Below, piece after piece: positions 25,176-37,440 of a stretch of 64,000 bases of DNA. The stretch's first letter is position 1; each line of letters begins with the position of its first letter. The notes under the pieces are model-generated. The model was given only the letters and a program-made list of their open reading frames with translations, did not search any database and was not told the DNA's origin. Position numbers and translations under genes: made by a program. Origin of the DNA: Octopus sinensis (lineage: Eukaryota); the NCBI RefSeq assembly GCF_006345805.1, contig NC_043008.1:34534001-34598000 (forward strand). Reading direction: 5' to 3'.

Positions 25176-27834
25176 ATTTAAATGTAAAACATTTAGACAG
25201 ACACTTGTTACTTTTTCCTGTCTCCACTTTTATATCACATTATAAAGCAATATTGATTTGCAGCATGGGCAGAAGGCCACAACTATTTGAGAGAAGGTTA
25301 AGTCAATTATATTGACTTCATTATTTATTTTATTGACTCCAAAAATATGAAAGGCAATACTGACCATTGTAGTATTTGAACTCAGTATACAGGGGCGGAA
25401 CAAAATAATGGTGTTGACCCACCCTTTTAATATCAACAACTAAAGGAAAACAAGTTGGGTTTCATGACACTATAGATTTGCATCTGAAAAGTTCCTCTTT
25501 AAGATGTAGGCTTGTGTAGGGATTTCTATGGGAGCTCAGCAGTTACATAAGAATGCAAATCTCCTCTCGCTCTGTTACTGATGTTGTCAAAGGCAAGGAC
25601 CTATATACCCAGGTATCACTGTCCTCACAGGGTTGCCATCAAAACATAAAGAGCAGGAATAGATACTACAAGACATCTTGTCTAATACTCTATCAATTCT
25701 ACCTGTAAACCTCCATGGTACTTTATTTATCAACCATAAAAGGATAAAACACTTGGTAGGATTTGAACCCTGAGAACATTGAGCCTGAATGATTAACTGC
25801 AAAATATTCTATCTCATGCAACTCAGCCAATTCACCACCTCGACTATATTACAGAGAATGAAAGCATTAAAACATAAGACTGGAATTTGAAAGTTGTCAA
25901 AGACTAATCAACCTCTTTGATACCAACCCATTTGAGACTGCACTTGGTTCTATGGTTCTAACTTCCTTTTTAATTAAGATCACTTTCTGTTTAAAAGTGA
26001 TCTTAATTAAAAACCTTCCATCAAAATTTCACATTAATGTTCCAAACACCAGATTATAATAATGACAAAGTTATTTTATCTAATTCTTCAATATGGTAAT
26101 GAAAGAGTTAAATGATTAGAGGTTGAAATATTTAAATGTTTATATGCTTGTATGTTTAAGATGTGTACTAGTTGTCAGTAAGATTATGAAGTTCTCATTT
26201 TCTGGACTATTAACTTCGTCTTGTCAAAAAAAATGTTTGTAAGAAGTCATTTACCTTCATGTAACAGATAGAAGGAAAACATGGATAAAGTAACATATAT
26301 GGAGGAAATAGCTTGGAAAATTACCTACAGCTGAGCAATTCTCTAATTTGTGCTCCAGAAGCATTAAAACATTAAAAAAAAATTAATATGGCTAAAAGTA
26401 TTTTGGATATTGCAGAGTCTAATAACTGGGCCTATCAAGAATTCTGTGCTTAGTTTTGTCTGGCTGACAACACCCAGCAAGGGTTAAGGATTAGGTATTT
26501 GCCAGGAGGAAGGTGAATTTGGCAATTGTGACTGACAATGGATTAAAAATTTGGTGGTGTGGCAAAAAATTGCAGGACATTTGGTGGCAGTTCTCAATAG
26601 ATTGAGGTTTTTGGTAATAAGTTCTGTGGACTATGATGAGCACTAGTAGTGGAAAGGTGTCACTCTATGTTTTATGTATCAAAATATCTGCTTCTATAAT
26701 CCATTGAACCATCACAAGATCCAGTTCTTTTTGCAGAGTGATAACTTGTGTGTTTCAATGACTTTGGGAGCCATGCCAGAAGAGTGTAAGTTCTTGGTAA
26801 ATGTCCCTTGCAGGACTGTTCAAAGGATAGAAACCAGACTAATGGACCACCACTTGCCAATGATAAAAATAGGTTTGTATCGGGCCAAGACTCCTATCTA
26901 GAAAAATGCTAAGTTATAGAAGCATCAATGATAATTCAAAATCAACAAACTTAGGGAGGAAGGGCTTTGAAAATCCAAAGTTGAGAACTGTGGAGAAAAG
27001 TGTCAATGGTCTATGTGGCATGGGGAGGAGAGTGCTTAAGTAAAGTAATAAACTATAGAAGGGTGTGAGTATGGGCCAAGCATCAGCTCTTGAGTATTGA
27101 AGACTGAGGGAAAGGATTGTACCTATAATTTTCACAGAGCCATTGAGACTAGCAAGGATGGAAGAGGAAGAAACAGTCTCATTAGTTTGTGGCAGAAAGA
27201 AGCTGGGCAAAATGATATCTAATTTTTCTCAGAATGAAACCCTGGTTCAAATTTTTTCAACAGTGTAGACACTTCTAAAGATGTTGTTGTCGTTGTTTTT
27301 TTTGTTGTTTAACCCCAAAAAATCCTGATTCAGCTGGTCATGTGATCAGAAGTATTTCATTCAACCACAATCATTCTATTTTTTTTTTGGTTTTTTTTTG
27401 TTTTTATCAAGCAATGGCTTACATATTTTAGTATGTCCTTTTCCATTAAGTGTAATTTTGGATAGGAAATGGGTTGATATTTAGCTGTTATTTCTAGCAG
27501 GTCAAGTTACCACAAAGAAAATTGCTATCATTGCCGTCTCTGCTGCTGTTGTTGTTGTTGCTCTTGTTATTTTAAAATCAGTTTACCAGTGCACTAAATA
27601 TTTTGGCTGCTCACCATGTTTTATTTTTCTCCTTTTACTCAATGATAGACAAATGTGTGCTTCTTCCTACGAAGTTATATTGGCATACTAGTTGCAGTAT
27701 GAACAATTATTCTCTTATTCTCTAACCTTTCCATTCTGATTTCTCAGTGACCTCAGCCGGAGCCATCTAGTTAAAAATTAGACATTCATAATGAAGTAAA
27801 GCAACTTTCCCACAGGAAGGAAGACATCTGATAA

Positions 27835-27851
27835 TGCTACTACTGCAGCAG

Positions 27852-27891
<40 letters not shown>

Positions 27892-28036
27892 CACCACCAC
27901 CACCACCACCACTACTACTACCACCACCACCACCACCACTACCACTACTACTACTACCACCACCACCACCACCACCACCACCACCACCACCACCACCACC
28001 ACCACCACCACTACCACTACTACTACTACCACCACC

Positions 28037-28068
<32 letters not shown>

Positions 28069-28127
28069 CACAACCACCACTATTACTACTACTACTACTA
28101 CTACCACCACCACCACCACCACTACCA

Positions 28128-28176
<49 letters not shown>

Positions 28177-28369
28177 ACCACCACCACCACTACCACTACA
28201 ACTACTACTAGTAATAATAATAATAATAATAATTATTATTATTATAATTTCTTTATCTGCCATAAGGGGAATGGATGAATGGTTATTACAAGGATAAATT
28301 ACATAATGATGATGATGACAACAGCCATGACAATGCTGCTACTGCTGCTGCTGCTGCTGATGATGATGT

Positions 28370-28400
<31 letters not shown>
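27835..28400. repeat. Long (CTA/CCA)n, (AAT)n and (GAT)n trinucleotide arrays
   Basis: Directly visible; source of the polyV/polyP/polyL ORFs. Confidence 0.95.
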
Positions 28401-28609
28401 ATTAAAAGCCTTTATTTTATTTTTATTCTTTTACTGGTTCCTGTGTTGGGGCTGCCGTTATTTTAAGACACAACCACCACCAAGCTTTAGTGAATTATTT
28501 TGACCCCAATACTAATACAGTTACTTGTTTTTATCATTCTCTATCTAACGAATGGCTATGTCCACCTTGGATTTAAAGAGAAGTAACTTGACTGGAATAA
28601 ATATAATAC

Positions 28610-29390
28610 CAATATGCACATACTCTTCTTCTCCTTCACCTTCTCTTCCTCATCATTGTTTTCCATCTGTTTCTCCAGCTTTCATAGATTGCATCCTTCT
28701 CTCCTTCACCTTCCCTCTCCTCATCTTCATACCCCCTCCTCATCTTCCTTCTCATCTTTCGTTTTCTCCTCTTCATCTTCCTCCTTTTCCTCCACAACCA
28801 CCATTTCTTTCTCCTCCTCTAGCTCCTACTCCTTCCTCTACGTCCTCCTCTTTCACCACCTCTTCCTCCTCATCTTTCTTTTCCTCCTCTACCTCTTCCT
28901 CCTCCTCCCTTCTTCCCTCTCCTCTTCCTCTCCCCTCTCTTCTTCCTTCTCTTCCTCTTCTTCCTTCTCTTCCTCTTCTTCCTTCTCTTCCTCTTCTTCT
29001 TCCTTCTCTTCCTCTTCTTCCTTCTCTTCCTCGTCTTCCTTCTCTTCCTCTTCTTCCTTCTCTTCCTCGTCTTCCTTCTCTTCCTCCTTCCTTCTCTTCC
29101 TCTTCTTCCTTCTCCTCTTCATCCTCCCCCTCCTCCCCTCTTCCCTCTAATCTTCCTCTCCCTTCCTCTTCCTCCTCTTCCTCTTCCTTCTCTCCTTCCT
29201 ATTCCTTCTCTCCTTCCTCTTCCTTCTCTCTTTCCTCTTCCTTCTCTCCTTCCTCCCTCTCCTCTTCCTTCTCTCCTTCCTCTTCCTTCCTCTCCTCTTC
29301 CTTCTCTCCTTCCTTTTCTTTCTCTTCATCCTCTTCCTTCTTCTCCTCTACCACCCCTTCCTCCTCCTCCTCATCATCATCATCATTATA
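28610..29390. repeat. Polypyrimidine (CT-rich) tract with 18-bp unit ttccttctcttcctcttc
   Basis: Directly visible. Confidence 0.9.
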
Positions 29391-29409
29391 ATTTTACATC
29401 TGCTTTTCC

Positions 29410-30325
29410 ATACCTGCATAGGTTGGACTGGTCCTCTCTTACACAACACACTTGTCAATTTCCCACCATATATCTTCTCCATTCAGGAAGTTCAGCACCC
29501 TGAGATCATCCTTCACCACTTCTGCCCCGCATCTTCCTTGGTCTTCCTCCACCACATATTCCTTCTGCATCAACATCCCTGGTATTTCTTTGACTATCAG
29601 TCGTCATCCATATACATTATATGTTTGCACACTTTCTCTGATTCCTCTTATACTCAGCCCTTCTCCCAACTCATTTGGGAACTTGTCATTCACACACATT
29701 AACATTACACATCTAATAGACCAAGGGTTCTCAACCATTGGGCCACAGCCCAGTACTGGGCCACAACCCAATACTGTGCCACTTTATATGTTTGCTCACT
29801 TTCTCTGGTTAAACTTATACTCAGCCCTCTCCCAACTCATTTGGGAACTTGTCATTTATACACATTAACATTACACATCTAATAGACCAAGGGTTCTCAA
29901 CCATTGGGCCACAACCCAATACTGAGCCACTCCCAAACTGGGCCATCAATCATTTGATACTGGGCCAAACATAAAGAATGAATTTAAAAATTTAATCTCT
30001 ATCTTATTGATTATTGCAGTCTGCAGGACGTTTTTACATTATATACATATTTTATATGTATTATACATGTATTAATTAAATTATAAATTATGCATTTTAT
30101 TGTGTTTTGTTATACCCATGATCCTCTGGTCTGTGGAGAAATTGTCTTGCATGAAACCAGTCTGTGGTGCAAAGGAGGTTGAGGAACACAGCAATAGATC
30201 GTGCTTGCTTCATTTCTTTCCAGCCTTCACATATACTTTGCTTTCAGTGTCCACATCTCACTACTATGCAACATCATAGTTCATATACAAGTATTGTACA
30301 ACCTACCCTTTACTTAGAGAGAGAG
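29410..30325 (-). mobile_element. RTE LINE fragment split by a hAT MITE
   Basis: Minus strand GLSIRGIRES...GGGRPRK...EVVKDDLRVL; 30200-30325 aligns with 10750-10865. Confidence 0.7.
29888..30191. mobile_element. hAT (Charlie-like) MITE
   Basis: Ends CAAGGGTTCTCAACC / GGTTGAGGAACACAG; imperfect 8-bp flanks taatagac / caatagat. Confidence 0.6.
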
Positions 30326-30499
30326 GGAAAGAGAGATAGAGAGAGATATTGAGAGAGAGTGTATGAGAGAGAGAAATAGAGGGAGGGAGAGAATTTCCTT
30401 GTTATCAATCGTAATAACTTCCTCAATTTTTCTCCATTCTAATTGTATTCTGGCTACTATGCTTTCAGAAAACCCTTCACTGTTCATTAAATTACTAGG

Positions 30500-30860
30500 T
30501 TATGGCTGTTGCTGATTTGGTTGTAATGGTGGTGGTGGTGGTGGTTGCAGTGATGTTGGTTGTAGTTATGGTGGTGGTGATGGTGGTAGAGATGATGGTA
30601 GTTGTGGTGATTATGGTAGAGGTGATGGTGGTAATGGTTGTGATGGTGGTTGTGGTGGTAGTGTTGGTAGCATTGATGGTGATAGTGGTGGTGGTGGTGG
30701 TGGTGGTGGTGGTGATGGTGGTGATGGTGGTTACGGTGGTGATGGTGGTTTTGGTAGCAGCAGTGGTCATGGTGGTGGCAGTGACGGCAGTGGTGATTGT
30801 GCGGGTGGAGGCGTGTGCCATGATTAGCTGTATAGTAGTGATGATGATGAGGAGGTGGAA
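30500..30860. repeat. (GGT/GAT)n degenerate trinucleotide array
   Basis: Directly visible. Confidence 0.9.
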
Positions 30861-31068
30861 GATAATGACACTGACACCCCTGACAAGAAATCAATTTGAT
30901 TTATTTCAAAATGTAATCCATACAGACATATGGCATTTCTTTTGAAATAACATTCAGTGAATGTGTATAGTACAAGTTCCTGCAACTAGAACATAAGCAT
31001 TTAAGTGGTGCCCTTAACAGCAATCTTTGTTATAGTTCCTCTTTAATAAACCAAGGGCAAAGTTGGTA

Positions 31069-31286
31069 TACTCTTTTACTCTTTTATTTGTTTCAGTCAT
31101 TTGACTGTGGCCATGCTGGAGCACCGCCTTTAGTCGAGCAAATCGACCCCAGGACTTATTCTTTGTAAGCCTAGTACTTATTCTATCGGTCTCTTTTGCT
31201 GAACTGCTAGGTTACAGAGACGTAAACACACCAGCATTGGTTGTCAAGTGATGTTGAGGGGGGCAAACACCGACACACAAACATAT

Positions 31287-31326
<40 letters not shown>

Positions 31327-31490
31327 GACAGGCTTCTTTCAGTTTCCATCTACAAAATCTACTCACAAGGCTTTAGTCGGCCCAAGGCTATAGTGAAAGA
31401 CATTTGTCCAAGGTGCCACGAAGTGGGAGTGAACCCAGAACCATGTGGTTGGTAAGGAAGCTACTTACCACACACCCACTCCTGCGCCTG
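31069..31490 (-). mobile_element. SINE family A, full length
   Basis: Reverse complement of the 48596-49023 type. Confidence 0.9.
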
Positions 31491-33068
31491 CAGTAATTTT
31501 ATTGTATTAACTAACTTTACTGTTCTGTTCTGAAGGATTGGCTTGTTACCATTTCATCAATTATGCATCTAGGTTTTGTCTTTTATGTTTTACTTGTTTC
31601 GGTCATTGAACTCCAGTCATGGACAGGGCATTGCCTTGAAGGGTTTTTCAGTCAAGCTAATCGATGCCAGTGATTAGTTTTCTTTTAAGCTTGGTACATA
31701 TTCTGTTGGTCTCTTTTGCCAATCTGCTAAGTTACAGGGATATTAACAAACCAGAATTCTAGTTCCAAGTGGTGGTGGTGGGAGGACAAAGACAAGCTCA
31801 AAGCCACACACACACACACACACACACACAACACACACACACATACACACATGCACACACATGCACACACATACTCACACACATGTGCATGTATGCTCAC
31901 ACACACACACTCATGTGTATGCACACACACACACACATGCACAAACAAACATATGCACACATACATGTACAACAGGCTTCTTTCAGTTTCCATCATCGAA
32001 TTCATTCACAAAGCTTTGATCACCCTGGGGTTGTAGTAGGAGATACTTGCCTAAGGTGCTGCACAGTAGCAATTGTTTATGTCATTATCACTTATTCTAT
32101 TGGACCAAGTTTATGCCTTGTTGAAGAGGACAAACAAGATTGAGACATTCCAGAGTTGTCTCATTAAAATTACATTCATCATTGATCTAATGTTGTCTTT
32201 TAATGACATAATAACATTTTCTCTGCAATGACAGTTTTTAAATCCTACTCAATGTGTACATATTGTTAGAAAGTCAAATACAGTGATATTTGTCCTGATA
32301 GAACTTCTCTGTGACACTGATATCACTATTCTATTACTATCTCTATTTTCCCTCTCTCCTCTTCTTTCTTTTTTCTCTCCCACCCTTTCTCTAATTCTTT
32401 TTCTAATCCTCTTCACCATTCTCTATCTCTCCCTCTCTTTCCCTCATTCTTCTTCCTTGTCTCTCTCGTTGCTCACACGTGACCAGCAGCTATCTTTCTT
32501 TCTCTTCCTTATGCTACAAGAGACAACACACATTTTTGCCTGTCTCCTGTCAAAGCTTGTTTCTCCAGCATTCACCACTTCATCTTGTTATGGCTTAAGA
32601 GCCCTTACTGTTTGCTTTTACTGTCCTGTTTTTGTTACCATTTTAACTCTCTGCAAATCCCAAATTTTATTTAATTTGCTTTGTGGGAATAACTGTTTTG
32701 ATGAAGACACATATTGTTCTAACATTTGAAATGTGGGTAGATAAAACAGGGGACAACTGGTAAAGGGATTGTTCTTTATGTTTCCTGCCTCATTTCTCTA
32801 TTTATTTCTTTTGTTGTTCAAAAAAAGTTCGCTTTCCAGGTTTATGTTTTTTATATTCTCATTTTTCATGTTGTTCATATTTTTTTGGCATCCTGTACCC
32901 ATATATGCCTGTGTATATACATATATATGTAGGTATGTACATGTATGTATATATGCATATATATATATTATTTATATTATTATATGGTCAAATGTCATGC
33001 ATCCATTTCCAAGTAAGTTTTATATATATTTATATGTATATATATATACACACATATATGTGTATGTG

Positions 33069-33119
<51 letters not shown>

Positions 33120-34117
33120 TGTGTGTGTGTCCAACCCATGCTAGCATGGAGAACGGACATTAAACGATGATGATGATGATGATGATGATATATATATATC
33201 ATCAGCAGACAAGCACCTTCTGATAAAGGGATCATAACAGTCATATCATGTGATTTCAATGTAATGCACATCCTAAGTAAGAGGTGCCTGCTTGCCACAA
33301 ACCAGCTGAATCTCATTGTTAATGATATGTAGAATTACAGTGGCTTCTCAGACACTGATGTTACAAATAGCCAGAAGGTTTATTAGAAAATAGATATTAG
33401 TGATGGAAGCAGTGTGATTAACAAACGGCTGCCTTTATATCCTTCTAACCATGCATCGATATGAGATATTGTCTCAGAATAAATACCACAGTATTTAGAA
33501 TTCTAGCAATGTGTAAATGGGATACAAAGATTATCATTTGGCATTGATACTGCTTCTATTGCTAATATTCAGTTCTATTAAGGTGGCAAGCTAACGGAAT
33601 CATTAGTATGCCAGGTAAAGTGGATAGTGGCATTTTGTCTGTCTTCACTTTCTGAGTTCAAATTCTGCCGAGGTCGACTTTGCTTTTCATCCTTTCAGGG
33701 TTGATAAATTAAGTACCAGTTATGTACTGGGGTTGATCTAATCGATTGCGTCCCCCCACCTTCCCCAAAATTTCCGGCCTTGTGCCTAGAGTAGAAAAGA
33801 AAAAAGTACCAGTTGAGTACTGGGGGTCAATGTAATCGATTTACTGCTTTGCTTGAACTTACTGGCCTTGTTCCAAAATTTGAAATCAATATTTATTTCT
33901 ATTTAGATTTTCAGGTGTAGGCATATTTGTATGGTAAGAAGTTTGCTTCTCAATTACCTAGTTCTGTGTTCAGTCCTACTGCATGGCACTTAGGGCAAGT
34001 GTCTTCTGCGATAGCCCCAGGCTTTTACTATGACCCAATGTTAAGACAAGAAAACATAAACTCTGCATCTCCCATACATACATACATACATACATACACA
34101 CACACATACATACATAC

Positions 34118-34148
<31 letters not shown>

Positions 34149-34320
34149 TACATACATACATACACACATACATACATACATACGTACATACATACATACA
34201 TACATACATACATGAGTGAATGAATGAATAAATAAATGATGGGCTTTTGTTTTTGTCTCCCAAAACTGCTCGCAAGGATTTGATGCCTTGTGAGTGGATT
34301 TGGTAGACAGAAACTGAAAG

Positions 34321-34726
34321 GCAGCAAGTTGACAGAAACGTTAGCATGCTGGGTGAAATGCTTAGCGGTATTTCGTCTGCCGCTACGTTCTGAGTTCAAA
34401 TTCCGCCAAGGTCACCTTTGCCTTTCATCCTTTCAGGGTCGATTAAATAAGTACCAGTTATGCACTGGGGTCGATATAATTGACTTAATCCGTTTGTCTG
34501 TCCTTGTTTGTCCCCTCTGTGTTTAGCCCCTTGTGGGTAGTAAAGAAAAAGGTATTTCGTCTGTCTTTACGTTTTGAGTTCAAATTCCACTGAGGTCAAC
34601 TTTGCCTTTCATCTTTTCAGGGTCGATAAATTAAGTACCAGTTACGCACTGGAGTTGATCTAATTGACTTTGTCTGTCCTTGTTTTACCCCTCTATGTTT
34701 AGCCCCTTGTGGGTAATAAAGAAATA
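34321..34726 (+). mobile_element. Dimeric SINE family B nested in another SINE, 12-bp TSD
   Basis: Second monomer restarts at ggtatttcgtctg (~34551); AGAAACTGAAAG at 34309-34320 and 34727-34738. Confidence 0.8.
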
Positions 34727-35012
34727 AGAAACTGAAAGAAACCTGTCATATCTGTATGTATGTGTGTGGCAGGGATTGTATCTCCTTGTTTTAACATCAT
34801 GTAATAGTAATAAATGATTGTTACTATCATACAAACTGTGTCATCTATTTCCAGCATTCTGCAAGACCATGTCTGGTCATGGGGAAATATTATCTTGCTT
34901 GGAAACATGTGGAGGTTAGCGACAGGAAGAACATCTGGAAATCTGCCCCAAATAAACTTTGTCCAAGCCATGCAGGCATATAATATTTTCATGTTAAATG
35001 TTAAATTGACAA

Positions 35013-35109
35013 TTGATGATGATGATGATGATGGTGGTGATGGTGGTGATGGTGATGGTGATGATGATGATGATGATGATGATGATGGTGATGGTGATGG
35101 TGATGGTGA

Positions 35110-35140
<31 letters not shown>

Positions 35141-35305
35141 GATGATGATGATAATGATGATGATGAAGGTGATGATGATGATGATGATGATGGTGATGGC
35201 GATGACGATGACGATGAAGACGATGATGATGATGATGATGATGGTGATGGTGATGATGATGATGATGATGGTGATCGTGATGATGATGATGATGATGGTG
35301 ATGGC

Positions 35306-35344
<39 letters not shown>

Positions 35345-35365
35345 AGTGATGATGATGATGATTTT
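35013..35365. repeat. (GAT/GGT)n array, expanded tail of an RTE-tailed element
   Basis: Directly visible; preceded by ggttagcgacaggaag...ccatgcaggcat, a variant of the RTE-type tail. Confidence 0.85.
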
Positions 35366-36062
35366 ATAGTTCTTTGCATTAAATATCTTAAGTTGCAATT
35401 TCTACCAGCCCCAGCAACCATCTAGAAGCTCCCCTCATTGGTTCATGAAAATATATATATGGCAGGATTATGTTTATTTGAACAATAAATTTCTTGAAAC
35501 TGTTTGCTAAAAATGCAAATTTGCAGTTTTTTTTTATGGATTTAAAATAGTTAAATATTTATATTTCTAAATTCTGTATAAATACAAATGCAAATATATT
35601 CGCTTCCACATTTAATTTAAAAACTCATCATAGATTTTTACCTAAATGAACAAAACAAACAAAAATGCATTTAATTGAAAATTATATAGATTATTGCTGA
35701 TTTCTAGTTTCCAGATTAGCTTTATATATTGAAAGTTTGCAAAATACAATATATTATTTTGTTATAAGAAACAGGTGAAGTCAACTGTCTCACGTGAAGA
35801 CATTAACGAGAGAGTAAAACAAACTGCTTAGTAGTGATGAAGAATAGATAGACTGGAAAATGTGGGAAAGAGAAAAATATTAATAGTTAAGAAGATGGTC
35901 TGGTAAAGTCACCAGGGGGAAAAGATATTAATAAGAAGACAATTGATGTGATGAGAAAATTGATGCATAGCTTGTTTTTGAAAAATTGGGAGGTAAGTGT
36001 CTTAAGATCAGAAGGGTAAAGAAACATTTCATATATATATATAAAATAATAATAAATGTGCA

Positions 36063-36301
36063 CTTTTAAAGTCTAGCCAGGCTCATAGGCCCGGTTTCCT
36101 GGTTTCTTTGGCGTATGTGTTCCCCAGCTGGATGGGACACCAGTCCATCGCAGCGTTACTCATTTTTGCCAGCTGAGTGGACTGAAGCAATGTGAAATGA
36201 AGTGTTTTGCTCAAGAATACAACGTGTCGCTCAATTCAGGAATCGAAACCACAATCTTATGATCATGATGCTGACATCCTAACCACTAAGCCATGCGCCT
36301 C

Positions 36302-36304
<3 letters not shown>
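36063..36304 (-). mobile_element. SINE family C copy
   Basis: tRNA-like head ggaggcgcatggcttagtggttagg; CORE-like ttcttgagcaaaacac...cactcagctg. Confidence 0.8.
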
Positions 36305-36336
<32 letters not shown>

Positions 36337-36664
36337 GCATATATGGGTGCAGGACATCACAAACTGTAAACAACTTGAAATACGAAAGCAAATGAGTTGA
36401 ATACACAAACAACGAGAGAAACAAATGGAAAACAGGACAAGTAACATAAAGAATGACCCTAATCAGCTGTCAACTGTCCATCTACTACTCATTTTGAGCA
36501 TTGAACAACAATAGGAGTCTTCGAAGACAGTTGCTCCCACAAAAGCCAGTATGTGTGTGTGTGCGCGCATGTGTGTATGTGTGTGTGAGTGTGTGTTTAT
36601 GTGTTTGCATGCATGCGCATGCGTGTGTGTGTGTGTGAGGCGTCCTATGGTCCATTGTACCAAT

Positions 36665-37440
36665 CATTGAACTCTCTCTGAAACTCAGATGGAAAGGTCT
36701 TGCTAAGCAACATGGATGCCATCCTGGTTAGCTGGTCTGAATACTTTCAAAGTCTCTTTAGTGCCAACCACATGGTCCATGATGCAGCAATTGACTATTC
36801 CATAGCTACATGTGAAAAAACAAGTTTGACAAGCACCCCCACCCCCAACATTCTGGGATCCATAGAAGCTATTAAGCTACTGAAGACTGCGAAAGCTCCA
36901 GATGTCAACAGCACTTCTCCAGAAGTTTGGATGAATGGCAGTCCCTCCCTCTACTCCAGATGCCATGAATTCTTCATCAGTTGCTGGGAGCAGTGCACAC
37001 TACCTCTAGACCTCCATAATGTAATTAGCATCACTCTTCATAAGAACAAGGGACAAAAGGTAGACTGCTCCAATTACAGAGGCATTCTTCTGCTTTTTAT
37101 CATAGTAAAGATCCTGGCCTGAATGCTACTCAACAGACTATGACCTGCTATTGCTGAGAACCATTTCCCTGTGAGCTAATGTGGTTTTAGAGAAGACCAA
37201 GGCTCCAAGAACATGGTGTTTGTCTTGAGGCAGCTCCAGAATAAATGCTGTGAACAAAGCAGAGGTCTGTTCATTTCCTTCAATCTGATTGAAGCATTTG
37301 ATATGGTAAGCAGAAAGAAGCAGTGGTAAATTCTGGCAAAATTTGCTGCTCACCAAAGTCTCTCACTCAGCTTTACAATTTGGTTGAGTCAAACGTGGAA
37401 ATGCCCAGTTCCAGCCTTTCCAAATCACCAATGGTGTGAA
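36665..37440 (+). mobile_element. RTE (BovB-like) LINE reverse transcriptase fragment
   Basis: WSEYFQSLF...EAIKLLK..KAP...ITLHKNKGQKVDCSNYRGI.LL...KILA; continues CGFR...DMVFVLRQLQNKC.EQ...AFDMVSR with stops. Confidence 0.85.

Noticed and set aside
27778-30945. Long polyV, polyP, polyS and polyH ORFs
   Set aside because: Translations of trinucleotide and CT-rich repeats.
34699-35425. 203-240-aa Asp-, Ser- or Met-rich ORFs resembling biomineral or reflectin-like proteins
   Set aside because: Pure (GAT/GGT)n tail of a retroelement; no reflectin motif.
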